NCBI GenBank assembly: GCA_043228905.1
Contig: JBHGNT010000022.1
Span: 8,804,001-8,868,000 of the forward strand
From: Azolla caroliniana
Taxonomy: Eukaryota > Plantae > Polypodiophyta
Reading direction: 5' to 3'
DNA: 64,000 nt
Both the position numbers and the translations under genes were made by a program. Below the pieces are notes generated by a model. That model was not told the origin of the DNA, searched no databases, and worked only from the letters and a program-made list of their open reading frames with translations. Within the stretch, counting starts at the first letter, position 1. Each line of letters starts with the position of its first letter. Positions 39,420 to 50,811 of this stretch are shown in pieces.

Positions 39420-41270
39420 GTTAGTATGGATGTGTACCTTGCCACAAGGAGCGCCAACTCAATGGCACATATGATGAATGGAATGAACAAGATACTTCGT
39501 GATTTTATTCCTCACATTACAATGCCTTTTCTAGATAATGTTTCAATTAAGGGATGCAAGGAGGAAGAGAAGAATGAGGAATTGGACGAAAATGGTTGCC
39601 GACAGTTTGTGGCTGACCATATCAAGGATTGTGAGAAGATATTATCAAGGATGGAATAAGTGCATTTGACCTTATTAGGGGCAAAAGAGATATTAATAGT
39701 TGGTCATATGTGTGGCCCATGTGGGAGAAATCCATCCCCAACCAAGCTCAATGCAATTCAAAATATGCAGGAATGTAAATCCATCTCAAAAGTACGAAGG
39801 TTTCTAGGGGTATGTGTTTTTTTACTGTCGATGGATTCCACATTATGCCCATTTATCTGAACCCTTATATAGACTCCTAAGGAAAGGAGAAACATTTGAA
39901 TGGACTAAAGAACATTTAGAGGCAATGAGGAAACTAAAGTCTTACTTGGCACAAGCTCCACCATTAAAAAAACCTGACTACAACTGGCTCATATATCTCA
40001 TAGTAGACTCTAGTCCCATTGGAATTGGATGGGGAAAAGAAAATATGCACAGGTGAAAAGAGAGCTATGGGGTGTAGTAACAACAGTTAAGATGGATAGA
40101 GATTACTTGATTGGTGCTGAAGTAATAATAGAAACGGATTGTTTGCCAGTGTCGTGAAGATTTTCGGCAATGGTGTGAAAATCACATAAAACGTACAAAA
40201 TCGAGTATGAATCACATAAAACAATAATAGTGAAGTATCTAAGTACAAAATGATGGAGGTCTTCAAGAGCTTTCGAATGTACTTTATTACACGAGAAGCA
40301 AACAACTAGATGTCAAGATATGAGGGTATAAAGTTTGTGAAAGGAAAAGAGAAAATTGTGAGATATCCCACATAGGCACGACAAATACGACTCTCATCAT
40401 ATATAAGGTAGAGCAAAAGCTATTATCTTTGTGTTTATGTGTTGAACATGGAGAGTTCAAGGTAACTTGAACTAAGAGTGGAGGTGGCCTAGCCACTCGT
40501 AAAGGTTTTGGCCAACCAAAACGGAACTGGACTGTAACCGGCGATCGGCAGATCTGGCGGAATCGGTATCCAGCAATCGACAAACTGGCGTCATCCGGCA
40601 TGCGGCGACCAAATTAATAAATAAATATATATCACATATATATACACAAGGAGGGCAAGTGAGGATTCAAACCTTGCACCTCCTAGTTAAGAGTCAGTAG
40701 GCTTACCACTAAGCCATGTCATTTAGTTGAATTTATATTTCTATCATTGTACTTTTACATGTTCTCATACATGAGAGCTAAAATGAGTGACATGGTTATC
40801 ATGCACCACATGTAATACATGAGCACCAAATCGCAAACATGCATTTTATACATGTCTTGTACCCTTACATGCATCATATGCATGAGAGCATCTATAAAAG
40901 AAGGGATGAAAAAGAAGAAGGGTTTTTTGGGGGGTATGAAATTAAGAAGAAGAGAATTCGTTATCGAATTGATCGCGTAACTTGTTTCTTAAAATCTAAA
41001 ATCAAGAGTTCAATCTTAATCTCTCTCAATCTAAAGTCAAGCGTTCCATTCTATCTCAAGCTCTCTCTCTCTTTCAATCTAGCTTAAGTGCTTTCTCGCT
41101 AAAGTGTGCGCCAACTTCAAGTCCTTCTGGTCCAGAACCCCGGCGGTTCCGCCTCACGATCTGCGCTTAGTGACGGATCTTCACGACACCGGTTCTTGGT
41201 ATCATAGCTAATTGTGATATTCCAAATCAAGCCATGTTAATATGGTGCATCTATATTAGATCAGTCAACC
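39420..41270 (+). mobile_element. Degenerate Ty3/gypsy RT-RNase H fragment interrupted by a solo LTR
   Basis: LPQGA-like motif, KILRDFIPHITMPFLDNV, VRRFLG, IVDSSPIGIGW; ETDCLP|VLGII spans the insertion. Confidence 0.75.
40150..41188 (+). mobile_element. Solo LTR, TGTCG-type (1039 bp)
   Basis: TGTCGTGAAGAT...ATCTTCACGACA terminal inverted repeat; TSD CCAG/CCGG; TATAAAAG ~40894. Confidence 0.88.
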
Positions 41271-41289
41271 CTGAAGTTCAACATATCTC

Positions 41290-42194
41290 AAGTTGAAAAG
41301 AATATTGAAGGATCTGGGCGTTCTGATCAAGGATCTAATTCTCCTTTACTGTGATAGTAGAAAGTAGTATTCATCTGGCTTGGAACCCGGTGTTCCACAC
41401 ACGCATGAAGTATATCAAAGTGCACTACCACTTCATCCGAGAGCACGTTCACGCTGGAGATGTCGACCTACAATACATCAACACAAACCTTGAGGTAGTC
41501 AACATCTTCACGAAAGCCTTAGGAGTCGACAAGCTCAGGCAATTCATGTCGGGCCTTGGCCTAACGATAGCCACATTGCCGAGCTTGAGGGGGAGTACAA
41601 CAACCAATGAGTACAAAGCAACAACCGAATAACAATCGATCAATTGGTCGAAGCTGACCAAAGGATTAGTTGAAGTTGCAGCACAACTGACCAAGGGGAG
41701 TCGAAGCACGAAACTGAACTTAGCAGTCGAACAAACAAACAAACAGACAGGCTAGTCGAACAAGGAGCATGAACCAGTTGGACAAAGGAGAACATATATT
41801 AGTTGACTAGCCGATCCGACTGACAATCCGGACACAGAGCCGAGGAATTCAGAAAGCCGAAATGAGCCAAACAGTAAGATGGCCTTCTGGCGACTAGAAG
41901 TTGTGTTTGAAGTGGCATGTTGAGAGTCAAACCCAACTTCCCGAATGAAATGGCTTTCACACTAGAAATGGACACTTTAGGTTCAAGCTAGTTTTGTAAA
42001 TAGTAGAAAGGCCAGTTGCACTAAGTTAATTGGTATTTAAACCAACTCTTTTGCAACCAAGTCATTGTTGGATGTATTTTTAGTTGTAACCATCTTTTCT
42101 TGCTAATACAACTTCTTGTTCTCTGTCTCTAACCTCTCTCTCTCTCTCTCTCTTACACAGACACACACACAGTTCCTTCTGTTGCACAATATCA
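41290..42194 (+). mobile_element. Copia 3' end (RNase H tail plus 3' LTR from 41918)
   Basis: NPVFHTRMKYIKVHYHFIRE...LRGS; LTR starting TGTTGAGAG; right end approximate. Confidence 0.8.
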
Positions 42195-45100
42195 CCTACA
42201 CTCTCCATTTCTTTAGCATTTGTTGAGTTATTGTCAAAAGGTTTGATGACGCTACAAAGCTATTGGTGCATCAAGAGGAACATGTCAACGAAGGAAGGGT
42301 AGTGCAACAAATCTTGGTTTTGGCTACCAAAACATTGTAGGATCTCTCATAGAGAAGGATATATTGAATTAGAAATAAAAGAAAAAACCAAACATGTGAG
42401 TGCTTATTATAGGCATAATCTTACATATCTATTCTAAAACTAATTTTAATTGGTTAAAGGTTAGGATAACCGAGAAACTGGTTATCCTAGGAACTGGGAC
42501 AAACTCATATGGACCTATGACGTGTGGGAAAAAGTTGCTAAGGTGTTGAGCTATATAAAGCAGACTAGCTATCCCCTTCATGCAACATCTTGAGACACCT
42601 ATACTGTATTGGTCAGGCTAACCCCTTTTCTTTGAATCCATTACTCAATATCCAAGGTATAATATAAGGCAATATTTAGTGATACGAGACATCGATGGTA
42701 TTTTATGTTTGTTTCATGTCCTTCGTTCGGGGGTGGTTGGTATGCTTAAGCATCCTTAATCTATTATTCTCCTAAATCTCATACTTTTGCTCATCATTAG
42801 TACAATCATAGTATTCATGTGATCAAGACAATGCAACTACAATTGTGATTACAAAGCTCAAATCATGACTTTAACACGTGCAAGTTCATGAATATAAAAC
42901 GTAGGTTTGTGCATCACAAAAATCATAGTAAATTAGTCATAGAATTGGTTTGTAAGGTTATGCCTATAACAACACCTTTAACCATTATTCAAATGACAAC
43001 ATTTTCATACAAGGGAACACCCATGACGAGCAATGTCAATGATAACAAGCATTATAGTGATTATCAAAGGGGCTCCAAGAATGGATGTTTTATTGTCCAT
43101 GATGAAGCCAAATTTGACCAATGGGGCCAAATCAACGTATCATCTTTTATGTGACTCCTTCCTAAGAAAGGGGGTTAATAATGAAAGCTATAGGATGGTT
43201 GGAAGGTAGCACAATATTTTGGCTCCCAAAGATAGCTCAGGTATATACAAGTTGACCAACAACTTACTCACCTTGGAGGTTGATTAACAAGTATGGTGCA
43301 AAAGGGTAATACCTTTGCTTGCACAAATTCCAAGCACATGTGATTGATAAAGAAGAATCTAAAACTTACAAGCCCACAAAGTTACTCATCCCTTTTTGGA
43401 CACCCTTTCTAGAACGAAAATAAACATTCTATCTACAAGATTTAATAAAAAAGGAGACAAGCACTTAATGACGAAGAGCCTTTACCTTATTTCCACGCAC
43501 AGTTGATAGAAGAGTGAAGAGACAAGAAATTACCAACATGTTCTAACTTCAATTAGGCTTATTCTTATTATTGAAAAGGGGAGAAAGAGAGACTTAGGCT
43601 TTAGCCCTCGAGAGATATGAAATGAGAAGGAACCCAAACCAAAAGTTAATAGTTTCATTGCTACAAAATAGTTGGGAGGCAATAAAGTTTTATAGCTATT
43701 ACATCCAGCAATGAGAATTGCTAGATAAACCTTTGGATATGTCTTTGCACCCCATACAAGGAGTCAAAGACAAATTCATTTTGGATGTATTGACAGCTAT
43801 GTCATAACCCCCAATAACTCAAGAAGTGGAAACCTGTTTGAAAAATGGCCACTCAAACCCAAGATGAGGAAACACCCATTGAAGCGAGAACTTTGTAACC
43901 CAAGTCTAGACATATTATGAAATTGGACAATTGATAAAGCACTATATGCTACATTATGTTGACATGATGCAAAAGAAACGGTTCCAATGGCAATATTCGT
44001 CTTCATTGAAGCATCTCCCAATGTAATCCCCCAATTGTAACCAGCCAAAGAAACACCTTACCTTTCAATGGAATACAAGATCACGAACCTATATACACAT
44101 CACATTTTGTGATTTCTAATTTTTCATATTCTCATAACCTTCTCCTCTATCCATTGATGCCTATGAATGATTTTATGATTGGCATCATTAGTTTTTACAT
44201 AATGAAAAATCCAACTACTTGTGAATGTTTGATTCGTCTCCAAGGTACACTCAAGGAGTTACAGAGTTGGGACACTCCAAATTGTATATTAAAACAAATG
44301 CCTATATCTTTTAGGAATATGAAATCTCCTCCTAGATATATGGAATGGATTATTCAACACATTAATATCCCACAAACCATCCCGTGTTGTAATCAACCCC
44401 AATTTTGCCACCCAATGAAATTGTGGTGGTAAAGAAGTCTTATCCTCCCATCCCAAAATTCACAACGGATATCACTACATGTATTCCCATACACTTAATC
44501 AAGAAGATACAAAAGAATACAACTATTTCTTGTTTACCCTAAAACATAGCTAGTTCAAAATGGAAATATTTGAGTCAACATGTGTTTATATAGACTCAAT
44601 ATTGTGACGCTCGCCAATATCTTTTGGTAGTACAAATGTGACTTCATGCCACCGAAGGAAGAGCCATTTTCTCCTTCATCCATATCATGAATCGTGACGA
44701 TGTTGCTATTTAGTGTTCCATGTCCTATTTTGACCATGGTAACAAAACTATGTAGTATGATACCGTAGAAAGAATGACATGAAGTAGTCAATCCTTTAAC
44801 TTCCAACACATAACCTTGTCCTTGATTAGATCCATTGGATGAGGCTTGCATTCGTCACCTCCAATCCAATCATATAACCCAAATGTCTACAAATCATACC
44901 ATGATGAAGTGTTGCCCTTAACTAGCTGAGATTTTCATGTTCCTTTCCATACAAGCAATTCAAGTTGATTTATGCCATGTTAATCTTCAAGCCCGAAGCC
45001 ATGAGATACTGGTGCATCACCCTAGAGATATTGGTGCATGTTGTGCCTAGAAAACATAAAGAAAGCGACCATCTGCTAAATGTAAACACAATGCATGCAT

Positions 45101-45613
45101 GGATCAAAGTGCAATAAGAAACCGATCAACTCTCCGCCCATTGCCATATTATGTAACACTATGTTAACATGAGATGTGTAAACCGAGTCATTGTCGAGAG
45201 GAAACCTTGTCTAAACAAATGATCGGATTGGTCGAAGGGATCAAGAACACACCTCCACGGATCATGACCAATTGAGATTAATGATCCATCCACACACACA
45301 CACACACACACACGATGCGAAAGGCATGGAGGCGCTCGAGAAGAAAACTCATTGTGATCGTGATGGGCAATACATAGCATAGCCATAGCCAAAGCTAAAG
45401 CCATAGCCATGGCCATAGTCATAAGTTGTCATAACAATAACTATAGTCATAGCATATCGGTTTAGGCTTGAGCCGAGCCGTTGTCATTCCTAGCCACAGC
45501 CCCTTCACTTCCCTTCCTTTCTACTCTGTATGTATCTGCAGAGAGAGACAGACAGAGAGAGAGAGAGAGAGATCGCCATATCCCCTCTCTCTGTCTCTCT
45601 CTCTCTATCCATC

Positions 45614-48600
45614 ATGGCGTGCTCCTCCTTCGCCATGGAAGCTCTGCACTTGCACGCTTCCTTCCACCGGCGCCATTCCTCCTCTCTGCACCTCCTTCCT
45701 CATCTAACCCATCCCTCCTCCTCCCCCTCCTCCCCGTACAACCGTGGCCATCGCCGCCTCCTTCATGTCCTCTGCAAATTCTCGGGTCAAGACAAAGACC
45801 AGAACAATCTCCATGGCCAAAGTCGAGGTCAAGAACATGTCTCTGAACAGAACCAGAAAATGTTGAGCAAATTCAGGGACGACCGCAGGAAGAAGAGATC
45901 ATTCCGATCATCTCTCCGTGCTCGACTCCGAATCCTGCAAAGAATCCTTCGCAGATGGTCTCCTTCTGCTCTTCTTCGTGCTTTATCTATCTACAATCGA
46001 ACTCATCAGAAACAGGTAGCTCTCTCTACTCTCATGGCTTGCGCTATATCACTAGGATTGCTTTGTTTGAAGATCACATCTGTTCCTTCTCCTCATTCTG
46101 TTCCCTATTCGGACCTTGTGAGATACTTAGACTCTGGGACCGTGAGCTCGGTCCTATTTGAAGAAGGCTCGAGACAAGTCCTATTCAATATGAAATCCGC
46201 TCAGGAAACATCTCAAAGTGATGTTGAAACTCCTTCTTCCTCAACTCCTTCATCAAAACTCGGGATTGTTAGCCATACAGCCATGATGGATAACGATGAA
46301 ACTGTGGTAGAAAACTCAGAGATGGAAGTTCTCTCTCCATTAGAGCTTTCGGATGAAATGCAAAGATCAATGGATGAGGACATGTCTAAGCATTTGCAAA
46401 GTTATATTTTGAGAAGGTCAAAACAAGTTAAAGACGAAATGGCCAACGGTATAGATACCGACACTGCTTCACAAATTCAGAGAGAAACGATCAATACTGC
46501 AGTGAGAGAAGATGTGCTGTCATCTTCTTCTTTGAGCTCGACAATACATGAGAACCATGACATTGATAAGATAATCAGTGGGAAGAAAGAGTGGGAGATG
46601 ATTAGTGCATTAGGAGCTTCTTTTAAGTCAATTTTTAGCATTCCAGAGCAGATGTTAAAGACAGAGTCCCAGACATGGCAATATGTGACAAGGCGAGTTG
46701 AAAATGATGAACCCTACCTTTTAGGATTAATGAGAGAAAAGGGGGTGAGTTATAGATCTGCACCTCAACCAGTGAGTGCATCTTTGAGGGCAACTATGTT
46801 CACCATCCTTTCACTGTGGATTCCTCTTGCCCCGCTCTTCTGGCTGATGTACAAACAGTTCTCTAGTGGCAATTCTTCGAATCAGAAAAAGCGCTTGGGC
46901 AGCATCCCCGTGAAATTTGAAGATGTTGCTGGGGTTGATGAAGCAAAAGTCGAGCTGGTAGAGGTATTTCTTTTCTTCCTCTTAGGTGCTTTTAATGTCA
47001 ATTTGACTCGTTTGTATATTAGTTTTGTGCAAATTTTGTTATTCTCAAGAAATATTTACAATATCTACTACCATGCATAAATGTGTGGGAGGGAAATCCA
47101 GAATGAAACAATACTTTTCTTTTCTGTGGTATTTCTGCTACTCTTTGCTGGTTTTGTTGATTTTTGCTTTAATTTTTTTAATTTTCTTGGAGTTTTTCAT
47201 TGCTTATTTAATATAATGTATGTATATTCAAACTTTTTCATTAATATAAATGCATATATGTCAAAATTTGGACATGCAAATAAATAAGATTTTCGAACAC
47301 TTTGTAATTAATAACTAGTTTCTGTTACATCCTAAGAGGGTGGGTGCATATGTGCAGACAACCACTTCCTTCGAATTGTGTGCATGCTTTTATTCAGTTC
47401 TTTGGACTTGGTTCTTTTCTCTTTTGTGTAGGTTGTTTATTTCCTGTTTTCTTTGTCCTTTTTGTTAATTCTTATGTTGATGAGATATCCATTATATTTT
47501 GGTATTGGATAGACACTCAAGTATTGAGGAAGTGCATATCTCCCCAAAAAGCACTTTATTTTTAGGCAACCAATGATTATATTTCATTTCTCTTTTGTAC
47601 TGAGCCTAAATAAGCTCGCTTAAATCCTTAGAAGAAACAACAGATAACATAGATCAATCTATGTTTCTCTTTTGCACTGAGCCTAAATAAGCTCGCTTAA
47701 ATCCTTAGAAGAAACAACAGATAACATAGATCAATCTATGTTATATTCAGCAAGGCATATTAGATTCAGGTAAGGTCACCACAAACTCATAGAATGAGAA
47801 GGAAATTTGTTGTGAAAATTTCGAGAAAAAGGTGAAGTATATTTGGTGATGATAAACATTGTTGACCAAGGTTTGCGTTGAAGGGAAAATGCAACCAGAA
47901 TGCTGAGGAGATGATTTCACTCTTGTCAAAAATCTAAAGATGCACTGTATTCCCTCCTGGAATGCAAACTTCAATGTGATCCCATCTTATTCCAACTAGA
48001 ACCCATGCAATTAGGAACTAGTAACGTATGTGAATTGCACTCTTGTCTTCATATGATTGCAGCACTGAATTTCTTATAACTAGTATTGGATTTGGGTTGT
48101 GTTTGTTTATGTTTTAAAGGAGAAGTTAGTACTGCAACCACAGCTACAATAGTAGAACACTACTTTAGCTAGAAGGCAGTGCAAACCTACTGTATGGAGG
48201 ATGCATTCCAGCAGATACATAGAGAGATATAGCAAACACGAGACACTAGAAATATAAGATTGAATAATCTTGTGTTCTCTGCTTATGATTAAAGTTTTGT
48301 GGGCTCATTATAAATCAATACCATTAATAGTTTTGTGGTCTCATTATAAATCAATACCATTAATCCCCCTGATGGATATGAATGCTTTACTTCTAGAGTT
48401 TCGCTTTGTCCTAAAACATAGAGCCATGTGGACTCAGTAATTGTAATTGCTGTTGGTCATGTCTTGAATAATGTTGCGTTATCAAAACATCATATACCAT
48501 TGCATGAACAATCTAGAATTGTTGGAACCATGAAGTATTCAGTTCCATTCAAAGTAATGATCTTCTCTCATGCTTAACTTGTGCACCAATTTATGAAAAG

Positions 48601-50811
48601 TGTCACCACATCACTCAACAATAACCCAACATGGCATGTTTTTTGTGCCATATTATTAATTCATGATAAAGGACTGATTTAATTAGATAATCAAGAAATA
48701 TCATGAGTAATATGGTCTTGACAAGATAGAGCTTGTTCCTGGCTTCAGATATAAAGAATGAAATTGGAATGTCTTATGTAATTTATTCATACTTCTTGAA
48801 TTTGGCTGTGTAGTCCTCGTAAGGATATTTAGAAACGATACCCACACAAACACCTCTTTGGTGGTGAATCCAGGTCCAGTGTTTATATATATATAAAACA
48901 TTGTGCATACAAAAACTATGGTAAGTATGTCATTGTCAAAAGCATTGGGAGAAGGGTTTAAATTGATCCTGTGAATCTGTTGAAATGGATAGCATTGATA
49001 AAAGACTGCTGTAAAGAGCATTTGAGACATGAAACCACCCAATTGCAGAGTGGGGAGACAGTGAGATTCTACTTCTTGGAAAACCACCCAATTGCATGAA
49101 CAGCCCTTTGCCTGCTCTCCCTCATGCAATTCCTGAATCCTTTCTTGGACATTTTTAGGCATTCTTAACCAAGGTATCAATAATATTGTAGTCAATAAAA
49201 TTATAGCTGTTTCATGTGTCATTGCTGCTGAAACGCATAGGGAATCACCTCATGGCTTGTGTCCTGATGATAATTAAAACTTATTTGAGTTTAGAAGGAC
49301 TGCGATTTCTTCTGTAGCCACTTTTAGTAATTGACTAGTCTTACCCAAAATATACATGATGTATTTAATGTATGAAGTTCTTGAGGATATCCATGTAATT
49401 TGTTTTGGTAGTTCCCTATTTTTAGAAACTCACTTTTGAAGTTTCGAGTAGTTTGGTTTTGAAACTCACTTCCAAGCTCATGGAAATGCAATGATGCTGC
49501 ATACAGATTGTTTTATGCCTTCGAGGAGCTATGGATTTTAAAAAGCTAGGTGCGAAGCTACCTAGAGGAGTTCTCCTCGTGGGTCCTCCCGGAACAGGAA
49601 AGACTCTTCTTGCTCGAGCTGTTGCCGGAGAGGCTGGTGTACCATTTTTTGCAGCCTCTGCTAGTGAGTTTGTGGAGATGTTTGTTGGTCGTGGAGCAGC
49701 ACGAATCCGAGAATTGTTCAGCAATGCCCGGAAGTGCTCACCGTCAATCATTTTCATTGATGAGCTTGATGCTGTGGGAGGGCGCCGTGGTAGAAGCTTT
49801 AATGATGAGAGGGATCAGACTCTAAATCAGGTGAGAGATTATGGTGGATTTATAACATGCTTTTTACAAAATGAAATTGCACTATTTTCTAGGGACGAAA
49901 TATGGTAATACTACCTTTCTACTCTGTGCAGCTTTTGACAGAGATGGATGGATTTGAGTCGGAAACAGGTGTATTAGTTATCGCTGCGACAAACCGAGCA
50001 GAGGCACTTGATCCTGCACTTTGTAGGCCTGGTCGATTCTCCCGCAAGGTTTTTGTAAAGGAGCCTGATCTCAATGGTAGACAACAGATATTAGCAGTCC
50101 ATATGCGTGGCATTCCCATTGAAGGGGATGTGAAAGCTGCCCAAAACATTGTTGCTTTGATGACTGTAGGTTTTGTTGGTGCAGACCTTGCGAATGTTGT
50201 GAATGAGGCTGCATTGCTTGCAGTTCGTACAGGTACAGCTAGACAATAGTATATTCTAAAAGTGTTGTAACATCCCTGTGAATAGGCTTTTAACATTTCA
50301 ATTTTAGCTGTTGCATTGTGATATATCATATTGGCTTAATGATTAGAGTAATGTGAGTTGTTGGGCTCAAATCGAATTTGTGATGGTAGTTATTATTTGC
50401 GGGGCAAGGGCCCTAATTCTAAACTAGTGGTTTTTACTATCTGAACCAAAGACCTCCACAATTGAGTCCATTACCTTAACCATTAAGCCATTATTGTATG
50501 ACAACACAACAATATAAATGAATGAAGTCGAAAGTATGCATTGATATCAGGAATGCCACAAGTCCATTTTTGAACTTTTGCATGACATGACATTTCTTTG
50601 TGGGAACTTTCATAAAGTAGCATTCTGATGCTTGACAGGCAGAGAAGCTGTAACTATTGAGGATCTTAAAGAAGCAGTAGACAGAGTGAAATTTGGCGTA
50701 GGAAACAAGCCTACCTTTTCTGGGGCTGTGGAACGTGTGATTGATTGGTTGCAACAACCGAAAGCACTGAAACCTACTTCAGGATATGAAGCACCTTCTT
50801 GGAATGGCTAA
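45614..50811 (+). CDS. FTSHI3: Inactive FtsH AAA ATPase, FtsHi3-type (chloroplast envelope); exons 45614-46963, 49507-49830, 49932-50232, 50639-50811
   Basis: Transit-peptide-like N-terminus, two TM segments, VPYSDL..EEGSR, Walker [40 protein letters not shown]; no M41/HExxH domain before the stop; GT-AG introns in phase. Confidence 0.9.
47584..47741. repeat. ~77-bp direct tandem duplication in FtsHi3 intron 1
   Basis: TTTCTCTTTTG..GAGCCTAAATAAGCTCGC...GATCAATCTATG twice, near-identical. Confidence 0.9.

Noticed and set aside
45530-45613. ORF-track start of FtsHi3 at 45530 and end at 47080
   Set aside because: The upstream part is (GA)/(CT) microsatellite UTR, and the ATG at 45614 fits a transit peptide. 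The ORF beyond 46963 is intron read-through.
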